A stretch of DNA of 64,000 bases from assembly GCA_937926145.1 (NCBI GenBank), contig CALANW010000118.1, positions 18,338 to 82,337 on the forward strand. Reading direction: 5' to 3'. The stretch comes from an uncultured Ruminococcus sp. (GTDB lineage Bacteria > Bacillota > Clostridia > Oscillospirales > Ruminococcaceae). A program made the translations under genes and the position numbers. Under the pieces are notes generated by a model, which saw only the letters and a program-made list of their open reading frames with translations, was not told the DNA's origin and made no database searches. Shown here piece by piece: positions 26,994 through 36,716 of this stretch (positions are counted from its first letter, which is position 1; the number at the start of each line of letters is the position of its first letter).

Positions 26994-27569
26994 TTACGGA
27001 TTAGAGCTAGAAGTGCCAAGGGAAGGAGCAGGGTATACACCGTAAATGTTACCAGCCTTAGCGTCAGACTTCTGATCGCCCTCTGTGATAGCCTTAACAT
27101 CATCGGAAGATGTCTTAGTGCTGATTACGTTCCAACCCTGTGCTGTTGTTGCATATACAGCAACGGAAACAGAGTATGTACCAGGATTGAAGAATGCTCT
27201 GCCGTAGCCTGTGAATTCTTCGCCAAGGTAAGCAGCAAGGTCAACGTCAGCATCCTGAGGTGTGTTATTAACGTTATTCCAAGACACAGGAATAACACCG
27301 TTGCTAATTGGGTTATCAGTTGTATTTACTGTGAGGTAACCTTCTGTTTGTGTAGTGCCAGACCAAGACCAGTTAGCGATACCGAGCTGTGTAAGAGCGG
27401 AAGCACATGCTGTGTGAACCTGCTTAGCACCGGAGTTAGCGGAAGAAATTCTTGCGTTTCTAACGTAACCGAGCATAGAAGGTACGAGGATAGCAGCAAG
27501 AATACCGATAATCGCAATAACTACGATAAGTTCGATAAGGGTGAAGCCCTTAGTTTTTGAATTTCTCAT
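26994..27569 (-). CDS. pilA: major type IV pilin
   Basis: Start at MRNSKTKG/FTLIELIVVIAIIGILAAILVPSMLGYV after AAGGAGG. It has its own strong terminator, and by eye its codon usage looks biased compared with paralogue 2. Confidence 0.85.
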   Translation of the reverse strand: MRNSKTKGFTLIELIVVIAIIGILAAILVPSMLGYVRNARISSANSGAKQVHTACASALTQLGIANWSWSGTTQTEGYLTVNTTDNPISNGVIPVSWNNVNNTPQDADVDLAAYLGEEFTGYGRAFFNPGTYSVSVAVYATTAQGWNVISTKTSSDDVKAITEGDQKSDAKAGNIYGVYPAPSLGTSSSNP

Positions 27570-27640
27570 GTGGAAATTCCTCCTTTTCAATATTTAAAAT
27601 GTTTTTTTATTAAAACCGAACCATGCGGTTTTATACGTTA

Positions 27641-28438
27641 TTAAGTGTAGGAAACAGTTGTGGAATTCTCAATATCCGCATACAACGGATAATATCCAAC
27701 TGCTGTTCCTGCGGCTTTTCCGAGGAACGTGCCGTCATCAAGAGTTTTTCCGGAATATATTCTCTTCTGTGAATAAATGTCCTCGCAGAAAGGAATCCTT
27801 CCGTTTGAAGCAGTCATAATGTTTGTGCTGCCTGAACTTTTTGTCTTGAACATTGGAACAAAATCAGCAATACCGTTTGCTGAATTCTCGACTCTTTCAT
27901 AGTCTTCGGCGAAGACCACACTGTCAACTATCCAATCTTCCATATCGATAGCTGCATAAACATAACCTGTAAAGTCCATTGCGAGGTTATCGGTCAGATA
28001 CTTCGCAAGCTTACGGAATTTCTTCTCCGTATTGGTCGTTGCCGATGCTGCATCCGGATAATTGTATGAAAGAGTTGCTGTTGTTGTTCCATCATTAATA
28101 ACAAGACTATGCGAACTTGTCATTATTCCGTTATCCATTACAAAACTCAAGGTAACATATTTGGAAAATGTTCCGCCTGCACCGTATGTAGTCGGGTCAA
28201 GCAAATCGCTTTCCTGCTTTATCTCTATCTGTATGAGTGCATTCTGAACGCTTGTATAAACGGTCTGTGCTTTATCTCTTGCTGTTTCAAGCCTTGAATC
28301 ACGCACAAGTCCCGTTGTAAGTATTGAGATCATTCCTGCAAGTATTGCAAGTATCGCAATAACGATCAGAAGCTCGATGAGGGTAAAGCCCTTTAAGCTT
28401 TTTGCGGAGGACTTACCGCAGTTTTTATTACTGTCCAT
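27641..28438 (-). CDS. pilin-like protein with prepilin-type N-terminus (265 aa)
   Basis: The N-terminus reads ...SLKG/FTLIELLIVIAILAILAGMI. First gene after a consensus promoter. Confidence 0.75.
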   Translation of the reverse strand: MDSNKNCGKSSAKSLKGFTLIELLIVIAILAILAGMISILTTGLVRDSRLETARDKAQTVYTSVQNALIQIEIKQESDLLDPTTYGAGGTFSKYVTLSFVMDNGIMTSSHSLVINDGTTTATLSYNYPDAASATTNTEKKFRKLAKYLTDNLAMDFTGYVYAAIDMEDWIVDSVVFAEDYERVENSANGIADFVPMFKTKSSGSTNIMTASNGRIPFCEDIYSQKRIYSGKTLDDGTFLGKAAGTAVGYYPLYADIENSTTVSYT

Positions 28439-28495
28439 TGGGATCTCCTCCTAATAAGTTTCACACATTTTATGTAGTGTTCTCTTACTGTTATT

Positions 28496-28524
28496 ATTAT
28501 ATAGCGCGAGTATCTTTTTGTCAA
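28496..28524 (-). promoter_or_regulatory. perfect consensus promoter of the pilin sub-operon
   Basis: Minus strand reads TTGACA (28524-28519), 17-nt spacer, TATAAT (28501-28496). Confidence 0.7.
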
Positions 28525-28749
28525 TAGATTTTGTAATATTTCTGCACTAAAAAAGTGAATTTGTGTATAATTTCTTTTTATCACTAAAATTGTGATTATT
28601 TTTTGCCATTTTGACTAAATTATTAATAAACACAAACGTTTTCTTATACTCTCGGTAAAATGCATATAAGTTCTGCCAAAGTATGCACTTTTTTGTTGAA
28701 AACGTTTATGTAAAATCACACTTTTTTCTTCGGCATAACTTTTTTATTA

Positions 28750-29886
28750 TCAGAAGCGGTTCATACCGGGAGCGCCGCCTGCACCCTTGAGGTAACGCTC
28801 ATATTCAGCGATATCAAGGCTCTTTTCACGGGCATTTGCGTCTGTGATAACGCCGTCCTTAACAAGTCGTGCAAGCTCCTGATCGAGGCAGACCATTCCT
28901 TCTTTTTTACCTGTCTGGATAGCTGTCTGGATAAGATGTACCTTGTTGTCACGAACCATTGCCTTAACGGCATCGGTAGCGTTAAGAATTTCGAGAGCCG
29001 CAACACGTCCCGTACCGTCAGCCTTAGGGATAAGGGTCTGGGCGATGATACCTACGAGAACTGTTGCGAGCTGTGAACGGATCTGGTTCTGCTGATGTGC
29101 AGGGAAAACGTCGATGATACGGTTGATAGTATCGGCTGCACACGTTGTATGAAGTGTGGACATTACAAGGTGTCCCGTTTCAGCGGCGGTAACAGCGGCG
29201 TTAATGGTTTCAAAGTCTCTCATTTCTCCGACGAGGATAACGTCAGGGTCTTCACGGAGTGCGGCACGGAGGGACATTGCAAACGATTCAACGTCGTCGC
29301 CGATCTCTCTCTGGTTTACCATACAGCGCTTATGCTCGTGAACGTACTCGATAGGGTCTTCAACGGTGATGATATGCGCCGAACGGTTGATATTTACATA
29401 GTCGATCATAGCTGCGAGGGTCGTAGATTTACCTGAACCTGTAGGACCTGTTACAAGGATAAGTCCACGGGGACGCATTGCAAATTCGCCGAGGATAGGA
29501 GGAAGATCGAGGTCAGCAAGGGACGGAATATCGTTTCTGAGAAGACGGATAGAGATAGCCGTGTTGCCCTTCTGGTGGTAAACATTGACTCTGTGACGGT
29601 AGCCTCTCTTTGTAACGTACGAGAAGTCGGTATCGACCTTGTTCTTGATATTTTCAAGCTGTCTGCCGTTTGTCATCTGTTCAACGATCTTCATGATAGC
29701 GGCTTCGGTCATCTCGGGGTAAGATGCAAGTCTGCGGAGCGAGCCGTGAAGACGAACTACAGGCGCGATCTTCGTTGTGAAATGCACGTCGGAGCAGCCG
29801 AGAACTCGAGCTTCGTCAAGAATTTTGTTGATGTTGATGACTACTTTTTCGGGAGCTTTGGTTTCCATTTCTGCCATTTGATTCAA
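28750..29886 (-). CDS. pilT: type IV pilus retraction ATPase PilT
   Basis: 378 aa with Walker A GPTGSGKST and the PilT-type motif AHQQNQIRSQLA. The exact start is uncertain. Confidence 0.88.
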   Translation of the reverse strand: MNQMAEMETKAPEKVVININKILDEARVLGCSDVHFTTKIAPVVRLHGSLRRLASYPEMTEAAIMKIVEQMTNGRQLENIKNKVDTDFSYVTKRGYRHRVNVYHQKGNTAISIRLLRNDIPSLADLDLPPILGEFAMRPRGLILVTGPTGSGKSTTLAAMIDYVNINRSAHIITVEDPIEYVHEHKRCMVNQREIGDDVESFAMSLRAALREDPDVILVGEMRDFETINAAVTAAETGHLVMSTLHTTCAADTINRIIDVFPAHQQNQIRSQLATVLVGIIAQTLIPKADGTGRVAALEILNATDAVKAMVRDNKVHLIQTAIQTGKKEGMVCLDQELARLVKDGVITDANAREKSLDIAEYERYLKGAGGAPGMNRF

Positions 29887-29930
29887 TTCCTTTCAAGATT
29901 ATATGTTTGAAAAATATATAATAGTATATT

Positions 29931-31619
29931 TTATACTGCGTATGTAACTCTGACGAGTTCGTCCATTGTGGTCTTGCCCTGCTGAACGAGTTCCGAAACG
30001 TTGTCACGGAGGAGCTTTGTACCCTGCTTAGCTGCGAGTGCTGCGATAGCGTCGGTCTTGCCGCCGTTCGCGATAAGGCTGCTCATTTCCGTTGTGCAGG
30101 TGAGAACTTCATGGATAGCGGTACGTCCCGTGTAACCCGTGTTATTGCACTTCGGGCAGCCGCAGGCATCATAAATAGTGATAGGTGCGCTGATTCCCAT
30201 AAGTTCGTCCTCTTCGGGGGTAGACATACGCGGCGTACGGCAGTCTTCGCATATCTTTTTAACAAGTCGCTGTGCAACGATACCGATAAGCGAAGTAGCG
30301 ACCATGTACGGTGCAACGCCCATATCCACAAGACGGGTAACGGTCGATGCGGAGTCGTTTGTATGGAGTGTCGAGAGAACCATATGACCGGTGATAGCAG
30401 CTCTGATAGCGATCTCGGCTGTTTCCTGGTCACGCATTTCACCGATCATTACGATATCAGGGTCCTGACGGAGGATAGAACGGAGGGCAGCGGAGAATGT
30501 CATACCTGCCTTAGCGTTTACCTGACACTGATTGATGCCTTCGATATCTTTTTCGACAGGGTCTTCGACCGTAACTACGTTTACGTTAGGCTTTGCAAGC
30601 TCACCGAGAGCGGCATAAAGGGTGGTTGTTTTACCTGAACCTGTAGGTCCTGTTACGAGCATAACGCCCTGCGGAACTTTGATAAGTTTTGAGAATCTCT
30701 GATAGTTATAATCGGTCATACCGAGGTCTGTGATCTTACGGAGGGCAACGTTACCCGTTGAAAGGATACGGATAACGACCTTTTCGCCGTTTACCATCGG
30801 GAGGTTAGATACACGGACGTCGAGCGTTGTTCCGTCAACGACCTGCGAGAAACGTCCGTCCTGCGGCACACGCTTTTCCGCGATGTTCATACCGCTTATG
30901 ATCTTAAGTCTTGTAACGAGTGCATTATGTACAACGTTTGAAACGTTCATAAGCTCGATAAGGTCGCCGTTAACTCTGATACGGATACGGGTAAAGGTCT
31001 TGAACGGCTCGATATGAATATCCGTTGCGCCTGCACGGAACGAGTTTTCAACGATAGTCGTTGCGAGTTTAACGATAGGAGCGTTGTCGATTCTGTCTGC
31101 GGATTCGTCATCGACGCCGTTGAGGTCATCATCGGCGAACTGGCTCGTAACGCTGTCGAGGATAGCGCCCGTGTTCTGCATCGAATAGCATTTGCCGATA
31201 GCCTTTGTGATAGCTTCCTTTGTTGCGAGGACAGGAACAACGTCCATTCCCGTTGAAACCTTGATATCTTCAAAAATATAGAAGTTTACAGGGTCGTGCG
31301 AAGCAACGGTAAGTCTTTTGCCTGTTACCTTTATAGCAATAATAGTATGCTTCTTTGCGAGCGCTTCCGGTATCTTCTTAACGGCTTCGATGTCGATGTT
31401 GACTTCGGGGTCGTTAAGGTCAACGAACGGAACGTTGAGCTTCTTTGCGAGGATCTGTGCGAACTGAACGTCGGTAACGTATCCAAGCTGGATAACATAA
31501 TCGCCGAAGAATTTACCGGGGACATTTTCCTCTTTCTTAACGTCAAGAACGTGCTGGAGCTGTTCTTCGGTAATTACGCCCTCATTGACCATATATTGTC
31601 CTATTGGGATATTCTTCAT
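29931..31619 (-). CDS. pilB: type IV pilus assembly ATPase PilB (GspE family)
   Basis: 562 aa with an N-terminal GSPII_E_N-like domain, Walker A GPTGSGKTT and a tetracysteine motif (CEDC...CPKC). Confidence 0.92.
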   Translation of the reverse strand: MKNIPIGQYMVNEGVITEEQLQHVLDVKKEENVPGKFFGDYVIQLGYVTDVQFAQILAKKLNVPFVDLNDPEVNIDIEAVKKIPEALAKKHTIIAIKVTGKRLTVASHDPVNFYIFEDIKVSTGMDVVPVLATKEAITKAIGKCYSMQNTGAILDSVTSQFADDDLNGVDDESADRIDNAPIVKLATTIVENSFRAGATDIHIEPFKTFTRIRIRVNGDLIELMNVSNVVHNALVTRLKIISGMNIAEKRVPQDGRFSQVVDGTTLDVRVSNLPMVNGEKVVIRILSTGNVALRKITDLGMTDYNYQRFSKLIKVPQGVMLVTGPTGSGKTTTLYAALGELAKPNVNVVTVEDPVEKDIEGINQCQVNAKAGMTFSAALRSILRQDPDIVMIGEMRDQETAEIAIRAAITGHMVLSTLHTNDSASTVTRLVDMGVAPYMVATSLIGIVAQRLVKKICEDCRTPRMSTPEEDELMGISAPITIYDACGCPKCNNTGYTGRTAIHEVLTCTTEMSSLIANGGKTDAIAALAAKQGTKLLRDNVSELVQQGKTTMDELVRVTYAV

Positions 31620-31759
31620 ATATATTCTCCGTTTCTCCGTGACTAATTTTTGTGCCGCTCACGGTGCGGATTTTAAAATTGCTATTGAAAAATTTAAAAT
31701 TATATGTTAAGATATTGTTTAAGCAAATATCAAATTTTCACTGTAAAGGAGTTTTGCAA

Positions 31760-32767
31760 ATGAACATTGCCTTTGCCGCATCAGAAATGATCGGCTTGCA
31801 GATCGGTATCTATGTAATGGTGTTCCTTTTCGGGATCACGATCGGAAGCTTCCTGAACGTCTGCATATTCAGGCTTCCTGAGGGCGAATCGCTCATCAAA
31901 CGGAATTCGCACTGTATGACCTGCGGCGCGGAGATAAAGCGATATGATCTTATCCCGCTTTTCAGCTGGCTCATACTCGGGGGAAAATGCCGTTCCTGCG
32001 GAGCGAAGATATCGGGAAGATATCCGCTTGTCGAAGGATTGACGGGTGTGCTTTTCGTACTGGTCTACACACAGTATGATCTTATCACCGACGGACTTAT
32101 TTATCCTGCTGTTGTGTGTCTTTTCATTGCAGGCATCATCGTTATCGGATTTGAGGATTTTGATACGCAGGAAATGTCGGTATGTGTGCTTGTTTATCTC
32201 GGCATTGAAGCTTTTCTGACGAGAGTTCTTTCGGTGCTTCTTCCGACTGCATTCAGAGGAAACGATGTTCCGCTCGTTGACGGTATCATCGGACTTTTTG
32301 CAGTAAGCGTTCCGCTTCTTCTCATCGGTTTCGTGTTCACGCCGCTTATTTACATATTATTTATAAGTGAAGATCACAAAACTGTAAGAAAGCTGAAAAA
32401 ACGTCTTGCAAAAGAGAAGCTGAGCGAAAAGGAAGCCGAAAAACTGACCAAGCTTCTTAATGAAACTCTTGAAAAGATCAAGGAAAAAGGCCCTGTTTAC
32501 GGATTTGGAATGGGCGATATACTGTTTATGGCTGCAGGCGGCTTGATGTTCGGCTGGAAAGCAGCTGTTGTAGCGCTTTTCATCGCAATAATCATCGGAG
32601 CGGTCGCTGCCGTTGTTATCAAGATCAAAAACAAGGACAAAGAGGACGCTGACAACGCATTCGCGTTCGGTCCGTGCCTTGCAGTGGGACTTGTCTGTGC
32701 ATCATTCTTCGGAACGAAGCTTTTCGATATGTACTGGACTGCTATGACTGTTCCGCACGTTATGTGA
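31760..32767 (+). CDS. pilD: prepilin peptidase (A24 family) with N-terminal Cys-rich methyltransferase-type region
   Basis: Start at MNIAFAAS after AAAGGAG. Motifs: CxxC...CxxC (HCMTCG, CRSCG) and catalytic-type GFGMGD. An extra charged insert of about 60 aa precedes GFGMGD. Confidence 0.88.
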   Translation: MNIAFAASEMIGLQIGIYVMVFLFGITIGSFLNVCIFRLPEGESLIKRNSHCMTCGAEIKRYDLIPLFSWLILGGKCRSCGAKISGRYPLVEGLTGVLFVLVYTQYDLITDGLIYPAVVCLFIAGIIVIGFEDFDTQEMSVCVLVYLGIEAFLTRVLSVLLPTAFRGNDVPLVDGIIGLFAVSVPLLLIGFVFTPLIYILFISEDHKTVRKLKKRLAKEKLSEKEAEKLTKLLNETLEKIKEKGPVYGFGMGDILFMAAGGLMFGWKAAVVALFIAIIIGAVAAVVIKIKNKDKEDADNAFAFGPCLAVGLVCASFFGTKLFDMYWTAMTVPHVM

Positions 32768-32782
32768 TTTGACCGATCATAT

Positions 32783-32816
32783 CGGGGGTGTGCTTATGCG
32801 CACCCCCGAATTTTTT
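32783..32816. terminator. bidirectional terminator between pilD and the convergent minor pilin gene
   Basis: CGGGGGTGTGC-TTAT-GCGCACCCCCG followed by AATTTTTT. Confidence 0.75.
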
Positions 32817-33588
32817 AATCTTTCGGAAGAGTAAAAATGATATAGGTATTTGCGTTATTTGCTGTTGTGCTTGCTCCTGCGTAAAGAGCATCAGTTGCTC
32901 CATTTATGGGAGAACTCAGATTCAAGCAATTTACCTCACCATCCGTCGAAACAAATTTATAACCTGAAACATCATTTGTACCAACGGTTGTTCCTGCACG
33001 ATTCACTTGGTCAAGTGAAGATGGTAGAAGACTCGAAACAGTAATCTTCAATCCGTCGAAGGTTTTTCCTGTCACCTTCGACGGATCAGATGGGTCATCA
33101 TGCTTTGGAACAATATTAACCGGTACAACATTAATGGAGTAAGTATATTTTCCGTAGTAAGCCTCACCAAGAGCAAGACGTGATGTCGTTCCGGTGGCGG
33201 TCTTGCTTCGGAGGATACGTCCGTATGAATCTGCGTCGTTGTACTTATACTGCGTCTTGTTGTCAATCGTGATAACATTAAGATCGCCATCTGTTGCAGA
33301 ATTGTAACCGGTTGCATTTGTAAACGCTGTAATAGCGTCTGAAAGATTGTTGATCGCCGTTGTCTGCTCGTTGTATATTCCCATTTTGGTAGCATAGCGT
33401 GTACTTTCCGTAATGTATGTCACAATGCCGCTTTGGGTATTGCGCTGAGCTTCATAATATGTCGCATCAACGTACGTGTTTCTTATCGGCTTCATCATCT
33501 GCATTATACCGACCATAAGAATTGACATAACTGCCATTACAACAATCAACTCAATAAGGGTAAAGCCTTTTATCAATTTATTTTTCAT
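32815..33588 (-). CDS. minor pilin / pseudopilin (257 aa)
   Basis: N-terminus reads MKNKLIKG/FTLIELIVVMAVMSIL. Confidence 0.75.
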   Translation of the reverse strand: MKNKLIKGFTLIELIVVMAVMSILMVGIMQMMKPIRNTYVDATYYEAQRNTQSGIVTYITESTRYATKMGIYNEQTTAINNLSDAITAFTNATGYNSATDGDLNVITIDNKTQYKYNDADSYGRILRSKTATGTTSRLALGEAYYGKYTYSINVVPVNIVPKHDDPSDPSKVTGKTFDGLKITVSSLLPSSLDQVNRAGTTVGTNDVSGYKFVSTDGEVNCLNLSSPINGATDALYAGASTTANNANTYIIFTLPKD

Positions 33589-33600
33589 AAGAGCCCCCTA

Positions 33601-34140
33601 TCAATTGCTGTGACCCACTATGTATTTATAGCGGAGCGAGATATCCTTTTCAGCCAAGCCGGTATATGCGGGATTATCCACCCAAGTACCCGACACAAGT
33701 GTTTTAGATGGTACATCGTTATTAGGATTGTTTTTGTCGTGACTGCGGCTGAGAAGAACATAGATATCAACAGGGTAGCTGTACATTTCACCTGTAAGGT
33801 TTCCTGCACTGTCGTATTTTTTGATCTCAATATAATTTTTCTGTACGGAAACGTCCGTAACCTTGCTTGGAGGGGTGCAGTCACCGCTTTTGCTTGCACT
33901 GTGGTTATCCGCAACCGATGTAGCAGATGTGCTGCCATAATAGATTGGTATAGAATCCGTTCCTGTAGCATCTTCAACAATTTTCATCTGGTATGACAAA
34001 CTTGCGTTAACGTTATGGTTGTTCAAATTTGTACGGCTTACATCTGCATAGATCTGAGCCATTACCAGTGAAGCAATGCCAAGTATCGCAAGAGCAATAA
34101 GACATTCAATAAGGGTAAAACCTCTGAAACTTTTTTTCAT
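33601..34140 (-). CDS. minor pilin / pseudopilin (179 aa)
   Basis: Start at MKKSFRG/FTLIECLIALAILGIASL after AGGAGG. The longer track ORF overlaps the upstream gene. Confidence 0.75.
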   Translation of the reverse strand: MKKSFRGFTLIECLIALAILGIASLVMAQIYADVSRTNLNNHNVNASLSYQMKIVEDATGTDSIPIYYGSTSATSVADNHSASKSGDCTPPSKVTDVSVQKNYIEIKKYDSAGNLTGEMYSYPVDIYVLLSRSHDKNNPNNDVPSKTLVSGTWVDNPAYTGLAEKDISLRYKYIVGHSN

Positions 34141-34153
34141 AGCATTTACCTCC

Positions 34154-36589
34154 TTAGTTTCTCGAATACTGGTATGACTTGAAGTCATGAATCGGATCAC
34201 CAGCCTGACCATTATCACCTGAGCTTTTATCGAGGTAAAGTATGCCTGACTGGTTGCTTTCGCTAAATTCCTGACAAAGAAGTGAACCTATAATTGCAGC
34301 GTTTTGAACGTTTGTAACTGCTCCATTACCGTTATCGTATGCAACCGTTCCTATCTTTCCACCATTATTAAGATAAAGGAAACCTGTAGGCATCATAATA
34401 TATCCGCAGATAAGGTTCTGGTTGCCTGTATTAAGGAATGAACCCGTTCCGCCATAAATATCAATGGAAGGCGCCTTTGTTGTACCATTTGTAATTGCAG
34501 TCGTTGCTGTATTGACATCGTCTGTAACAAGTATGCAATTGTCAAAGGTAGTTGTTGCAGACGCTCCTACAAGCGCTGTGTTGCTATCTTCAGGAAGTAA
34601 CAGAATAAGTCTGCCATTATCCCCTGTTACTGTCCAGCGGCAGCCATAATATGCGTTTCTATCAAGTACATAATACTGGTCACCGCTACTCAAATCAAAA
34701 GTGTAGCTGCCCGTAGGCATCGACTGAACATTTGGAATTGTACCATCGGCAATCATTGATGTAATGGTTCTGGGTCCTGCGCCTGGAGTGACAGGATCAA
34801 GCTCAAGATAATCGGCAAGCAAGTCAGCCCCCGAATTAAGCCATTTTATTTTGTTCGTTTGGCTGTAAATATTAGAATATGCATTGTCTGGATGAGTTGG
34901 ATCTGCAACTGTCGGATTGTCAAAATTCTTTAATTCACCTGTGGACTCATGAAAAGCACCATCTGCGAAATAATCATTGAAATATGCCTGAGCAGTTGGA
35001 ACTTCAATGGTGTTGCTTCCGTCAATCTGAAAAGGAAGAATATACTGTTTAAAAATCCTGTCATTTGAATCCTTTACTGTAGAATAATCGTTAATATCAA
35101 ATGGATCTGTTGATGTTTCCGGAAGAACAATTGCTCCATTTATTGTGAAAACACAAGTGTCCATAGCTGTTGCTCTTATTCCGGTTGAATCAGAAATTGT
35201 AAAGTTTCTGCAAAGTTTTAAATTTGCATTTGAATACTGATTAAGATTTATTGTTACTGTAGGCCAAGTCGATGTATCAATACAATCATCAGGCAACACC
35301 AAATTTTTTACATAAAGACTTCCATCGTTTGTATGGACCTTACCAGGATTTGTGTCTTGAACTTCAAAAGTTGTAACGTACGCATCACCATAAAAGTTTA
35401 AATCAGTAGCACTTGTTTTTACTATTTGATCTGCGATAACATTTACTTTATATGTATTATCACCGAACGTACCGCCGTTGTTGAGAACGCTTGTTCCCCC
35501 AAGGAATACATAGCAGCCATCACCTGTTGCCTTGACCTTAGTCGGGTTTGAAGATGAAACAATACCATCCATTCCAACTATAGAATCACCTGCATTGATA
35601 ACCGTGTCAGCAGATGAAACCCACTGTAGGGAACCAAGCGAAAATACAGAACCTGACATATTGTTACCATCACCTACCGCAGATGTTCCAATATCCATGC
35701 TTGCTACGCCGCCCGCAGTCCTCACCTGTGCACCGCCAGCGCCTGCAAAACTACCGGTCGTTGTAAGTGCATTATCAGAAGCCGGAGGATCTTTCTGGTT
35801 TGTATCATATATAAGCACAGCTGTGCTTTCAACGTCCATAAATGTTACAGTAGACGTTATTTTAAGACGCATCTGGTCCTTGCCTCTGGCACCGTTTTCA
35901 AACGCCTCAGGACCATCGGAGCTTGCAAGAAGAGTAGCTCTGTCCGCATAGGTTCCATCAGTTATCTTACTTTCATCAATATCATATTTTCTGTCAAGAA
36001 CTTCGACTCTGATAGTAGCTTCTATTTGGTCGACGCCTCCAACTTTAGAAGTATCGACCATTTTACCGTAGTTGTCAGAAGCACTGCTCACCTGTGGAAA
36101 AACAGTGATACGGTATTCAATATACTCATTACCTGTTGTGGAATCAGTCTGAACCTTTGTGTTGTCAGCTCCGTAATAATGATGATATTCGTCCTTTGGC
36201 GTTGCAGGCGAATAACCATTTAAAGCCGTTTGCTCAATATTATCACCACTCTGAGAATGAATATTGTACAGATCAAGCTGCAGCGCAAGACCCTGCTTCA
36301 TTTTATCTGTGGTAACATTGTTGTCATGTATATACGTTCTTACACCGCTTGAATCATAGGCATAATAATCCTTGTCATTAAGCAGGTTGTTCGTAAACAC
36401 GTCCAAAGCCGACCGCGCGGTATAATACGCCTGGTTTTCTTCATATTTGGTATAGTATCTGTTCTGCGCCGTTGAAACAACGCTCAGTGTCGCCAACAGC
36501 ATTATGATCAGAACAAACATTACCGTAACTACCATGATAAGAACAACGCCGCTAAGGCTTTTTTTCTTATCGGTACTGATTTTTGCCAT
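34154..36589 (-). CDS. very large PilX/PilK-like pilus-associated protein (N-terminal PilX_N-type anchor, no G|F cleavage motif)
   Basis: Start at MAKISTDKKKSLSGVVLIMVVTVMFVLIIMLLATLSVV...AYYTARSALD. The rest is rich in Thr/Asn/Gly/Asp, consistent with beta structure. Confidence 0.6.
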   Translation of the reverse strand: MAKISTDKKKSLSGVVLIMVVTVMFVLIIMLLATLSVVSTAQNRYYTKYEENQAYYTARSALDVFTNNLLNDKDYYAYDSSGVRTYIHDNNVTTDKMKQGLALQLDLYNIHSQSGDNIEQTALNGYSPATPKDEYHHYYGADNTKVQTDSTTGNEYIEYRITVFPQVSSASDNYGKMVDTSKVGGVDQIEATIRVEVLDRKYDIDESKITDGTYADRATLLASSDGPEAFENGARGKDQMRLKITSTVTFMDVESTAVLIYDTNQKDPPASDNALTTTGSFAGAGGAQVRTAGGVASMDIGTSAVGDGNNMSGSVFSLGSLQWVSSADTVINAGDSIVGMDGIVSSSNPTKVKATGDGCYVFLGGTSVLNNGGTFGDNTYKVNVIADQIVKTSATDLNFYGDAYVTTFEVQDTNPGKVHTNDGSLYVKNLVLPDDCIDTSTWPTVTINLNQYSNANLKLCRNFTISDSTGIRATAMDTCVFTINGAIVLPETSTDPFDINDYSTVKDSNDRIFKQYILPFQIDGSNTIEVPTAQAYFNDYFADGAFHESTGELKNFDNPTVADPTHPDNAYSNIYSQTNKIKWLNSGADLLADYLELDPVTPGAGPRTITSMIADGTIPNVQSMPTGSYTFDLSSGDQYYVLDRNAYYGCRWTVTGDNGRLILLLPEDSNTALVGASATTTFDNCILVTDDVNTATTAITNGTTKAPSIDIYGGTGSFLNTGNQNLICGYIMMPTGFLYLNNGGKIGTVAYDNGNGAVTNVQNAAIIGSLLCQEFSESNQSGILYLDKSSGDNGQAGDPIHDFKSYQYSRN

Positions 36590-36716
36590 TTTTTCCACCC
36601 TTTCTTAAAATTTTATGCCGGGGTATGAACAAAATCTTCTCTTCTTTAAAATATTTTCTCTATATGCCACTTATGCCGATGAAGAAAGGTTTCTTCATCG
36701 GCTGCGGCTTTTTTGA

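Noticed and set aside
28541-28735. Recurrent AAAAAAGTG / CACTTTTTT words upstream of the pilin-operon promoter, considered as possible regulator binding sites.
   Set aside because: The region is very AT-rich, so such words are expected by chance. The spacing is irregular, with no clear dyad relative to the promoter.
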